A stretch of DNA of 64,000 nucleotides from Bryobacterales bacterium. GTDB lineage: Bacteria > Acidobacteriota > Terriglobia > Bryobacterales > Bryobacteraceae. Of the stretch, positions 9,005-16,000 are shown in pieces. The stretch covers positions 14,698 through 78,697 of the forward strand of contig JADZCI010000096.1 in assembly GCA_020851655.1 (NCBI GenBank), written 5' to 3'. A program made the position numbers and the translations under genes. The stretch's first letter is position 1. The number at the start of each line of letters is the position of its first letter. Below the pieces are notes generated by a model that ran no database searches, was not told the origin of the DNA, and saw nothing but the letters and a program-made list of their open reading frames with translations.

Positions 9005-9598
9005 ATGAGCATGGACGCGACAAATTCGAAATCCGCGGCCTCGGACGCAGCCGGCCTGCCGGACATTCGCAACCTTGTGAAGAACGTGCTGGAAGAGATG
9101 GCAGTGGTGGAACACCAGCGGGCGGAACCCGCATACAAGGTCGAGTTAACAGAAGAACGCCGGCGGCGGGAATCGCTCGAGAAGCGGGTTAACGAGCTGA
9201 TTGAAGAGAACAAGCGCAGCCGCGCCGCGGCGGACGAGGCCGATCGCGCCTCACAGATCAGGGCGGAACTGCAGCGATTGGGTGTGCAGAAAGTGGACCT
9301 GGCGTTCCGAGTCGTCAAGGATGACATCCGCCGCGGTGATGGAGGCGACCTGATCGCACGCGGCGGCGAGGGCGAGCAGCCGTACAAGGAATACCTGGCC
9401 TCCTTTGTGAGCCAGAATCCCGAGTTTCTGCCGCCTCGAATGGCCGGTGGATCGGGAAGCAGCTCCGCGAAGAAAGAATCGACCCACGGCGCAAGTATCG
9501 ACATTGAGCGAATCAGACCGGGCATGAGCCAGGAAGAACTCCAGCGAGTGCGAGATCAGATCGCTTTAGTCGCCTCACAGACACTGAGAGGCGAGTAA
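9005..9598 (+). CDS. putative scaffolding protein
   Basis: 197 aa, highly charged and coiled-coil-like (ERRRRESLEKRVNELIEENKRSRAAADEADRASQIRAELQRLG). It lies between the portal and the major capsid gene. Confidence 0.55.
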   Translation: MSMDATNSKSAASDAAGLPDIRNLVKNVLEEMAVVEHQRAEPAYKVELTEERRRRESLEKRVNELIEENKRSRAAADEADRASQIRAELQRLGVQKVDLAFRVVKDDIRRGDGGDLIARGGEGEQPYKEYLASFVSQNPEFLPPRMAGGSGSSSAKKESTHGASIDIERIRPGMSQEELQRVRDQIALVASQTLRGE

Positions 9599-9719
9599 CC
9601 CCGGAGCCCGTCTGAGATAGCCGAAGGGCCGGTGAAGGGCAGCGTCGGTGACGTAGGCCCGAAGTCTGCCGTAGAGCTAGGACTGTCGCTCCTAAACCAA
9701 GCCAAGAGAGGAAAGCTGA

Positions 9720-10631
9720 ATGGCTATTATCACTTCTGCAAACCTTGCGAACGCGATTGTCAAGCTGGTGGCCGCCGATGCGCTGCCCGCCTTGATGGGG
9801 AACCTTGTCATGGGGAACCTGGTCAACCGCGATTTCGAGCCGACGCTGGCGCAAGCCGGGGACACGGTCAACGTACCGATCCCGCCCGTCATGACCGCGA
9901 CGAACCTCATCGAGGGCGCTTCGGTTGTGGCGCAGAACGCCAACGTCGGTAACGCTCAGATCGTTCTCAGCACTCATGCTGAAGCGACGTTCCAGATTCC
10001 GGACGTGACCAAGATCATTGCCGTGCCCGATCTGCTGAAGCTGTACATGCAGCCGGCGATGATTGCGCTGGCCGAGAAAGTGGAATCGGACCTGCTCAAC
10101 CTGTATGCGCAGTTCACGGCCAACACTCCGGTCGGCACGGGCGGCGCCGCCATCACTGAAGCAGTCGTGGACTCGGCGGAGACGGCTTTGTTCAACGCCA
10201 AGGTGCCTGCCAGTGAGGGCCGGTTCCTCGTCGTCGACTCAAATGCATACGGCGCCCTGCGGCAGAACCCGCGGTTTAGCGAATACCAGAAGGCCGGTGA
10301 CGCCGGTCTGCGGGCGCTGATCGACGGCACACTGGGCAAGATCAAGGACTTCTATGTGTTCCGTTCCCAGTTTGTAGCCAAGACGGGCACTGGCCCCACG
10401 ACGACCAACAACCTTGCCTTTGCGCGCAGCGCGATTGGCCTAGCGGTTCGCCGCCTGCCGAAGCCGCTGCCGGGCACGGGCGCGATTGCCGAGTATGCGG
10501 AATTGGGCAACTTCGGCATGCGCGTGGTGATGAGCTATCAACCGAACACGCTCGCACAGCAGTTCACGGTAGACATGCTCTACGGGTGCGGTGTTCTTCG
10601 CAACAATTTCGGCGTCCAGGTTCGCAGCTAG
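9720..10631 (+). CDS. major capsid protein (P22-coat-protein-like family)
   Basis: The N-terminus (ITSANLANAIVKLVAADALPALMGNLVMGNLVNRDFEP..AGDTVNVPIP) matches the characteristic start of the roughly 300-aa P22_CoatProtein family (..VNRDY...GDTV.V.P). The position is consistent. Confidence 0.75.
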   Translation: MAIITSANLANAIVKLVAADALPALMGNLVMGNLVNRDFEPTLAQAGDTVNVPIPPVMTATNLIEGASVVAQNANVGNAQIVLSTHAEATFQIPDVTKIIAVPDLLKLYMQPAMIALAEKVESDLLNLYAQFTANTPVGTGGAAITEAVVDSAETALFNAKVPASEGRFLVVDSNAYGALRQNPRFSEYQKAGDAGLRALIDGTLGKIKDFYVFRSQFVAKTGTGPTTTNNLAFARSAIGLAVRRLPKPLPGTGAIAEYAELGNFGMRVVMSYQPNTLAQQFTVDMLYGCGVLRNNFGVQVRS

Positions 10632-10641
10632 GAGCCATAGC

Positions 10642-10667
10642 GGGACCCGATCCCGGGATCGGGTCCC
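10642..10667 (+). terminator. perfect 26-bp palindrome (GGGACCCGATCCC/GGGATCGGGTCCC) 11 nt after the capsid stop codon; possible attenuator or RNA-stabilising hairpin
   Basis: Read directly from the sequence. The arms are exact reverse complements with CCCGGG at the centre. No downstream T-run, so it is not a canonical intrinsic terminator. Confidence 0.4.
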
Positions 10668-10702
10668 ATCCACCGAAGTGATCGGCAAGAAGGGACAAGA
10701 AG

Positions 10703-11011
10703 ATGGACGTCAAGAGTTACTTTCGAAAGATCCGGGACATGGAAGCCTCGATCGAGGACCGTTTCCTGGTGGTGATCAGCAATGCGACGGTCGACGGCGG
10801 GAGGGAGGGGATCTACAGCGAGGTTCCCCGCTTCGTGGCTTGTCAACTCGCCGTGGAGGGCCGCGCCAGGCTCGCGTCGGCAGAAGAGGCCGAACAGTAC
10901 CGGGTGGAACAAAGGGCGGCCTGCGAGGAGTTTGAGCGGACAAGAGAGGACAATCGCGGCAACGCGAGCCGGCCTGGTCCCAAGCCGTCCGGGAAGGTCA
11001 TCCGGAACTAA
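10703..11011 (+). CDS. hypothetical phage head-associated protein
   Basis: 102-aa ORF in the operon between the capsid and connector genes. No motif recognised. Confidence 0.4.
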   Translation: MDVKSYFRKIRDMEASIEDRFLVVISNATVDGGREGIYSEVPRFVACQLAVEGRARLASAEEAEQYRVEQRAACEEFERTREDNRGNASRPGPKPSGKVIRN

Positions 11012-11026
11012 AGGGGACGGATAACA

Positions 11027-11779
11027 ATGGCTCTCTTTGCGGACCACGATCTGACTACGATTGAAGACTTGGCCGGAGTCGATCATAACGTCCTTTCCAT
11101 CGCCGCAGTCGAAGGGATTGACCTAACCAAGAAACTCGCACTCGCCCAGCAGTTACTGATACAGGACATCTCGCGAGTCCTGGCGAAGGATCCAGGGCAG
11201 GGTGCGACTTATGACGCCGGACAAGTTGTACGCACCCCAAGTCTCCGGCTGTGCCATGCGTTGAAAGCGATTGAGCTCACATATCAAGAAGCTTTCGCCG
11301 GCCAGGGCGTGGACAGATTCGAACGCTGCCGGGTCACATATTCGGCAGAGGCAAAGAGAGTCCTGACGGCGGAGTTGGAGCGAGGGCTGCCGGTAGTGCT
11401 CAACCCGCTCCCGCGACCCACGGGCCCCGTTGTAACGTCGAGCGCCGGGACAGGGCCTGCCGGCCCAATCGACTTTGCTGTCAGTTGGATAAACCAAGCA
11501 GGGGAGGAGAGCAGTCTCGGGACGCTGGTAGCGATTGAGAACAGCAGCGGCGAGATGATCACTGTTACGCCGCCCACCGCGCCGCCATTTGCGACGGGAT
11601 GGATTGTGTACGCAAGCCTACCGGGTGAACGTCCCGGAAGGCAGTATGGGCCGCTCGGACTGAATGAGTCCTGGCGCGCGCCCGATCAACTGTCGAGCCT
11701 GGGGCCAGCCGGGGAAGGGCAGACGGGGAACGTTGTCTTGCGGCTTTCGCCTGGCACGAATCTCCTTTGGAGGGGCTAG
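11027..11779 (+). CDS. putative head-tail connector/adaptor with C-terminal FN3/Ig-like domain
   Basis: Position in the cluster. The N-terminus is gp6-like (LTTIEDLAGVD...KKLALAQQLLIQDI). The C-terminus is beta-rich (IDFAVSWINQAGEESSLG..ITVTPP..WIVYAS). Confidence 0.45.
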   Translation: MALFADHDLTTIEDLAGVDHNVLSIAAVEGIDLTKKLALAQQLLIQDISRVLAKDPGQGATYDAGQVVRTPSLRLCHALKAIELTYQEAFAGQGVDRFERCRVTYSAEAKRVLTAELERGLPVVLNPLPRPTGPVVTSSAGTGPAGPIDFAVSWINQAGEESSLGTLVAIENSSGEMITVTPPTAPPFATGWIVYASLPGERPGRQYGPLGLNESWRAPDQLSSLGPAGEGQTGNVVLRLSPGTNLLWRG

Positions 11780-12276
11780 AAATGGCACTTGTTCGAGAAG
11801 TGGTAACGCTCCTGCACACCCTACTGTCATCCGAGCGAGGGATCGCGAAGGGATGGGCCGCAGGTTCGGAAGCGCTGGAATCCGGACTGCCAAGGGTGGG
11901 CGCCGACCAAATTATCACCAACCACATTCCAGCCAACCTGCTGGCGCAACAAAACGCTGTGCGATATCCCCGCTTCCAGATCTATTGCGCGCGTGTCGAG
12001 AATCAGATGAGAGAGAAGTTCAACCGGTTCTCCGGGACGGCGCAATTGACGGTGGAGATCCACCACTCCGGGGAGAAATGGGACAGCGTGTCGTCGGGTC
12101 TCAGCCTCTATGTTCAGGCGGTAACCGACGTGGTCGAAGCGAACCGAGGGGAGTTAGGGGCCGGCGTACACCTGCCGGGCCGGTACTCCGTGGAGATCGA
12201 TGCTCCAAAGGCAGGCGGACGAGGGTATCTGCAATCGGCCAGGATCCTAGTCCCGGTGGAAATAGTCAGGTCATAG
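11767..12276 (+). CDS. putative head-closure/tail-terminator protein
   Basis: 169 aa. Overlaps the previous gene by 13 nt and precedes the major tail gene. Assigned by position only. Confidence 0.4.
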   Translation: MEGLEMALVREVVTLLHTLLSSERGIAKGWAAGSEALESGLPRVGADQIITNHIPANLLAQQNAVRYPRFQIYCARVENQMREKFNRFSGTAQLTVEIHHSGEKWDSVSSGLSLYVQAVTDVVEANRGELGAGVHLPGRYSVEIDAPKAGGRGYLQSARILVPVEIVRS

Positions 12277-12296
12277 TCTAACTACTGGAACAAGCA

Positions 12297-13466
12297 ATGT
12301 CCTCATACATATCCTCAGTAAACAATCGTCTGTACGCAGCACTAGAAAGCACGTACGGCACTATTCCGCCTCCAACGCCAGGCGACCGGACTCCGTTCGT
12401 TCAGCTTCGCACGACGCAAAAGATGATCGTTCCCCAGCGACGTGATAAGACGGGGACGCGCTCCTTTAACGGAGTACCGGGCATACCGAAGCGGGACACA
12501 AGCTTCACACTGACCAGCCATCTGTTCGGTGGAACCAGTCCAGCGGCCACCGGCCTAAGAGCCCTCCTTCAGAGCGCGTTTGCCGGCCCGGTACTGGAGT
12601 TCAGCGGCGCCCGGGTTGCCGCGGCACAAAGGGCCAGCACAATTCAGACAATCGCGCCACACAGGCTGACGGTGGGACAAGGGATCATCTACGGGGACGA
12701 GATTCGCTTTGTCGCGGCGGTGATGGACAGTATGACCATCCAGCTTTCCGCGCCGTTCAGTAACGGAATATCCTCCGGCGCAGTGTTGAATCCATCCTAT
12801 ACATTCTGCCTGGGCGATACCGTGCCGAGTGTGAGTATCTTCGATTATTGGGACCCGCAGAGCGCCGTCCACAGGATCCTCCGAGGCGCCGGAGTGAATG
12901 AATTGAAGGTTGCGATTAACGGCGACTTTCATTCGATGGAATTCTCCGGGATTGCGGCCGACCTTGCCGATAGCGTCAGCTTCGAGAGCGGCGAAGGGGG
13001 GCTGCCGCAGTTTCCGCCGGAACCCGAGGCCGGATCGTTGCCTTATGACGTAATTCCAGGACATCTGGGTCAGATTTGGATCGGGGCGGCGCCGGCCAGG
13101 TTCTGTACGGTTACCGAAGGCGTTATCCGTCTCAACAACTCCCTGGACACAAGGAAGGACGAGTTTGGGTGTCCCATCCCGAAAGCCCTGGTTCCCGGAG
13201 CGCGGATTGTCGACGTTGCGTTCTCCTTGTACGAGCAAGACGACGCGGAGACAGCAGCGCTGTATCAAGCAGCACGGCAACGGTCACCTATAACGCTTAC
13301 GCTGCAGCTTGGCCAGTCGGCCGGACAATTGTGCGGGCTGTATGTTCCCAGTTTTGTTCCTGAAGTGCCGTCGTTCGATGATAGTGAACCACGGCTGACG
13401 TGGAAGTTCGACGGATCACGAGCTCAGGGAGCTGTCAATGATGAATTGTTCATCGCCTTTGGATGA
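12297..13466 (+). CDS. putative major tail (tube) protein
   Basis: 389 aa, immediately upstream of the G/GT frameshift chaperone pair. That position is the conserved location of the major tail gene in siphoviruses. Confidence 0.5.
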   Translation: MSSYISSVNNRLYAALESTYGTIPPPTPGDRTPFVQLRTTQKMIVPQRRDKTGTRSFNGVPGIPKRDTSFTLTSHLFGGTSPAATGLRALLQSAFAGPVLEFSGARVAAAQRASTIQTIAPHRLTVGQGIIYGDEIRFVAAVMDSMTIQLSAPFSNGISSGAVLNPSYTFCLGDTVPSVSIFDYWDPQSAVHRILRGAGVNELKVAINGDFHSMEFSGIAADLADSVSFESGEGGLPQFPPEPEAGSLPYDVIPGHLGQIWIGAAPARFCTVTEGVIRLNNSLDTRKDEFGCPIPKALVPGARIVDVAFSLYEQDDAETAALYQAARQRSPITLTLQLGQSAGQLCGLYVPSFVPEVPSFDDSEPRLTWKFDGSRAQGAVNDELFIAFG

Positions 13467-13836
13467 GAGCGCTGAATACTCCAGCACAAAGTGGGTTACC
13501 TCAGCCACTCACCCTGGCGTTCGATTTCGGTTGGCCCGTCTCTCTCTTGGCAGGCGGATCGCTCTGGCGAGGAGCGTTCGCGCGCTGTGGCAGCGTCTGG
13601 AGTATCACGGCGCTGGTGAATCGATCGATGACAGGCTGTCGGAGGCTGTCCTGGCCGCCGAGTTGGATGCGGACTACCTCAAGTGGGGACTGGTGGCGGT
13701 TGAGGGCCTGGTCATCGATGGATGCCCAGCCAGCGTCCAACAACTCATCGAGACCGGCCCCGAGGCATTGTGCAGGGAGATTGTCGCGGCTATCCGGGCT
13801 GAACTGGGGTTGTCTGAAGACGAACGAAAAAACTGA
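13438..13836 (+). CDS. tail assembly chaperone (G-like)
   Basis: 132-aa acidic ORF between the major tail and tape measure genes. It ends ...EDERKN* with the slippery heptamer A_AAA_AAC directly before the stop. Confidence 0.6.
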   Translation: MMNCSSPLDESAEYSSTKWVTSATHPGVRFRLARLSLGRRIALARSVRALWQRLEYHGAGESIDDRLSEAVLAAELDADYLKWGLVAVEGLVIDGCPASVQQLIETGPEALCREIVAAIRAELGLSEDERKN

Positions 13837-14186
13837 TTCTCGCATTCCACTTTTTCACATCGAATCCAGCCGGGTGGAACTGCGAAGATTGCCGGCGACA
13901 ACGGCTGGAGATCAAGCGCAACTGCAGTCTGCATAGCACTTTCGACCCAAACGCGACGCGTGTCGTGTGGACGGCAAGGGGGTTCGCCTCAACGTCGTGT
14001 CCACGGTCGGTGATTACGGCTGACAGTTTGGGCTGGATAGAGCTGTTTGAACACTGGCTGTCGTTCGGTTCGACTGCTGATGACGAGTTAGCGGCGAAAG
14101 ACCAACACGCCCTGCGGGTGTTGATGGCAGAGCACAGAACGCGGCTTGAACAGGACAGAAATGAACGGAGCCGTCCGGCGAGGTAA
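13438..14186 (+). CDS. tail assembly chaperone frameshift product (GT-like, about 249 aa, -1 shift at 13827-13833)
   Basis: I translated the -1 frame from 13833 (LILAFHFFTSNPAGWNCEDCRRQRLEIKRNCSLHSTFDPNATRVVWTARGF...). It has no stop until TAA/TGA at 14184-14186, 18 nt before the tape-measure-like gene. Confidence 0.5.
13827..13833 (+). promoter_or_regulatory. candidate -1 programmed ribosomal frameshift site A_AAA_AAC
   Basis: An X_XXY_YYZ heptamer in the correct phase (AAA at 13828-13830, AAC at 13831-13833 in the G frame). The -1 frame is open from here to 14186. Confidence 0.5.
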
Positions 14187-14203
14187 GAACCAAGGACTGG
14201 GGA

Positions 14204-14845
14204 ATGAGACGAAGCAAACCGATTGATGCCTTCATAGAGCGCTTTGGAGCGACGACGCAATCCTCGAGTGGCTTGCTGGCCGGCACGGCTGGCACTCCGC
14301 GGCAAACGGACGCTACGGTTACAGAGGCGGCCCCTGCCGGCACGATGAATGAACTGTCGGTTCTCGTTCAGAGCCTGGCGCAGCAAACGAAAGCGGTTGG
14401 GGACAACACGGCGGCACTGGGTCAAGCGACTCAAAGCGTTGACTCCATGGGGGCGAACTTTTTGTCGTTTGCCCGCCAAGCGCTGACCAGCGTGTCTTCT
14501 GGTGGGGGATTTCTGGGCCTGAGTCCGATCGTCTCGCTCATTGGGGGACTATTTCGCCGCTCAAAGACTCCGGAAGCGCAGCCAGAATTACCCAAGTTCA
14601 ACATGCCGGACCCGCTGTCCTGGAACCTAGTTACCAGCCCATCGTCGAGTCCTGCCACGCAAGCGGTGACTTATACAGACGCCGGAGTTCCCAAGGCTCC
14701 GGCTGTGAACAACCAAGTTACCGTACACATTCAGGCGATGGACGCCAGATCCTTTCTGGAGCGCAGCAGTGAGATTGCTGGCGCTCTTCGATCCGCGATG
14801 CTTCACTCCAGTTCAGTCAACGATGTTATGGCGGAGATGGAATGA
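14204..14845 (+). CDS. short tape-measure-like protein
   Basis: 213 aa, directly downstream of the G/GT pair. It has a helical N-half and a glycine-rich hydrophobic segment (GGGFLGLSPIVSLIGGLF) typical of tape measure proteins. Confidence 0.5.
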   Translation: MRRSKPIDAFIERFGATTQSSSGLLAGTAGTPRQTDATVTEAAPAGTMNELSVLVQSLAQQTKAVGDNTAALGQATQSVDSMGANFLSFARQALTSVSSGGGFLGLSPIVSLIGGLFRRSKTPEAQPELPKFNMPDPLSWNLVTSPSSSPATQAVTYTDAGVPKAPAVNNQVTVHIQAMDARSFLERSSEIAGALRSAMLHSSSVNDVMAEME

Positions 14846-15201
14846 GCGCCGTACGATTCCCCAACCTGAAGACGGGCCTGCCGGTTCAGCACCCGTATCG
14901 TCGATTGACGCACTATTCGACGCGGCTTCTCGAGTTCCTCGACGGAAGTGAGCAACGAATTCCGTTGCAAGGTTCCGCCCGGCCTGAGTGGCGGATCGCC
15001 TTGTCGAAGCTGGACGAGACCGAGTTGAGCCGATTCTCCGACCTGTTCGACGCCAGCCTGGCTGGCACGAGAGATATCCAACTGACGGATCCCATTGACG
15101 GACAGGAGTACACCTGCGACTTCGCAGAGCCGGAACTGGACGTCGAGAGCGATGCCCTGGGCAGCGGCAGTGTCGAGATCCGCCTTGTAGGGAAGAAGTG
15201 A
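14842..15201 (+). CDS. distal tail protein-like (DUF2460/gpM-position) paralogue 1
   Basis: 119 aa. Shares the pattern FP.L.TG..VQ...R......DG.......W.....L...E.....LF....G.......DP with the next gene. ATGA overlap with the tape-measure-like gene. Confidence 0.5.
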   Translation: MSAVRFPNLKTGLPVQHPYRRLTHYSTRLLEFLDGSEQRIPLQGSARPEWRIALSKLDETELSRFSDLFDASLAGTRDIQLTDPIDGQEYTCDFAEPELDVESDALGSGSVEIRLVGKK

Positions 15202-15202
15202 C

Positions 15203-15991
15203 ATGCTGATCTTCCCTCAGCTACAGACTGGCGGCGTCGTGCAGCAAGTGCGCAGGATCAAGCGGAGCAGGGTGGTTGATGTAGCGCGCGCCGACGGTGA
15301 CCGTACACGATACCTTGATCCGCGTGGAGACACGATCTCCTGGACCCTCCAGTTCGATAACTTGTCCGGTGAGGAATGGGGGGCCATAGAAGGGCTCTTC
15401 CGGGAGTGCCAGGGACGGTTCCGGTCATTCGTCTTCATCGATCCGCTGGGGAATATGTTGAGTCACAGCGAAGCACTGACGGAAAGTGTCTGGAGTCCTG
15501 ACCCGTATGTGGATGTTGCAGACTCTCAGGCAGACGCATGGGAAGGGCAAAGCGGCAGCAGGATGTTGAACACGGGCCAGCAGGACGGGTCAATCAGCCA
15601 AGTCGTTCCAGTCACGGCCGCACTGCAGTACACACTGAGCGCTTTCTTGCGGGGATCGGGCACAGGAAGCGTGGAACTGTTCATTGAAGGGGCCGGCACG
15701 CAGAGGCGAACCTCGACCCAAGTCAGCACGCAGTGGAAGAGGCACAGCCTTACGGCAGGTCTCGGTTTGGACAGCCCGGATTGCCGATTTGGAGTCTCGA
15801 TTCCGGCCGGATACGCAATTGATTGTTGCGGTTTTCAAGCAGAGGCGCAGCCATCGCCATCCGCGTACAAGCCAACTCTCAAAGGAGGTGTCTACCTGGA
15901 GACAAGGTTCGACACCGACACGCTTTCCGTTGAGTCACGTTCGCCGGGTTGCTTCACCACCGCATTGCAACTGATCAGCCGAGGGAACTGA
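15203..15991 (+). CDS. distal tail protein-like paralogue 2 with C-terminal beta-rich extension
   Basis: 262 aa. The N-terminal roughly 90 aa align with the preceding ORF (IFPQLQTGGVVQQVRR...DG...WTLQFDNLSGEEWGAIEGLFRECQGRFRSFVFIDPLG). The extension may be a carbohydrate-binding-like domain. Confidence 0.55.
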   Translation: MLIFPQLQTGGVVQQVRRIKRSRVVDVARADGDRTRYLDPRGDTISWTLQFDNLSGEEWGAIEGLFRECQGRFRSFVFIDPLGNMLSHSEALTESVWSPDPYVDVADSQADAWEGQSGSRMLNTGQQDGSISQVVPVTAALQYTLSAFLRGSGTGSVELFIEGAGTQRRTSTQVSTQWKRHSLTAGLGLDSPDCRFGVSIPAGYAIDCCGFQAEAQPSPSAYKPTLKGGVYLETRFDTDTLSVESRSPGCFTTALQLISRGN

Positions 15992-16000
15992 GGAATCGCG

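Noticed and set aside
13463-13936. 157-aa ORF in the +1 frame overlapping the tail chaperone gene, considered as an alternative frameshift partner
   Set aside because: No +1 slippery context was seen. The -1 frame carries a canonical heptamer in phase, and it extends precisely to the tape measure gene. That matches the conserved G/GT arrangement.
13790-14479. 229-aa minus-strand ORF across the chaperone/tape-measure region
   Set aside because: It is antisense within a uniformly plus-strand, tightly packed operon. It is Arg/Ser-rich with no motif, so it is likely spurious.
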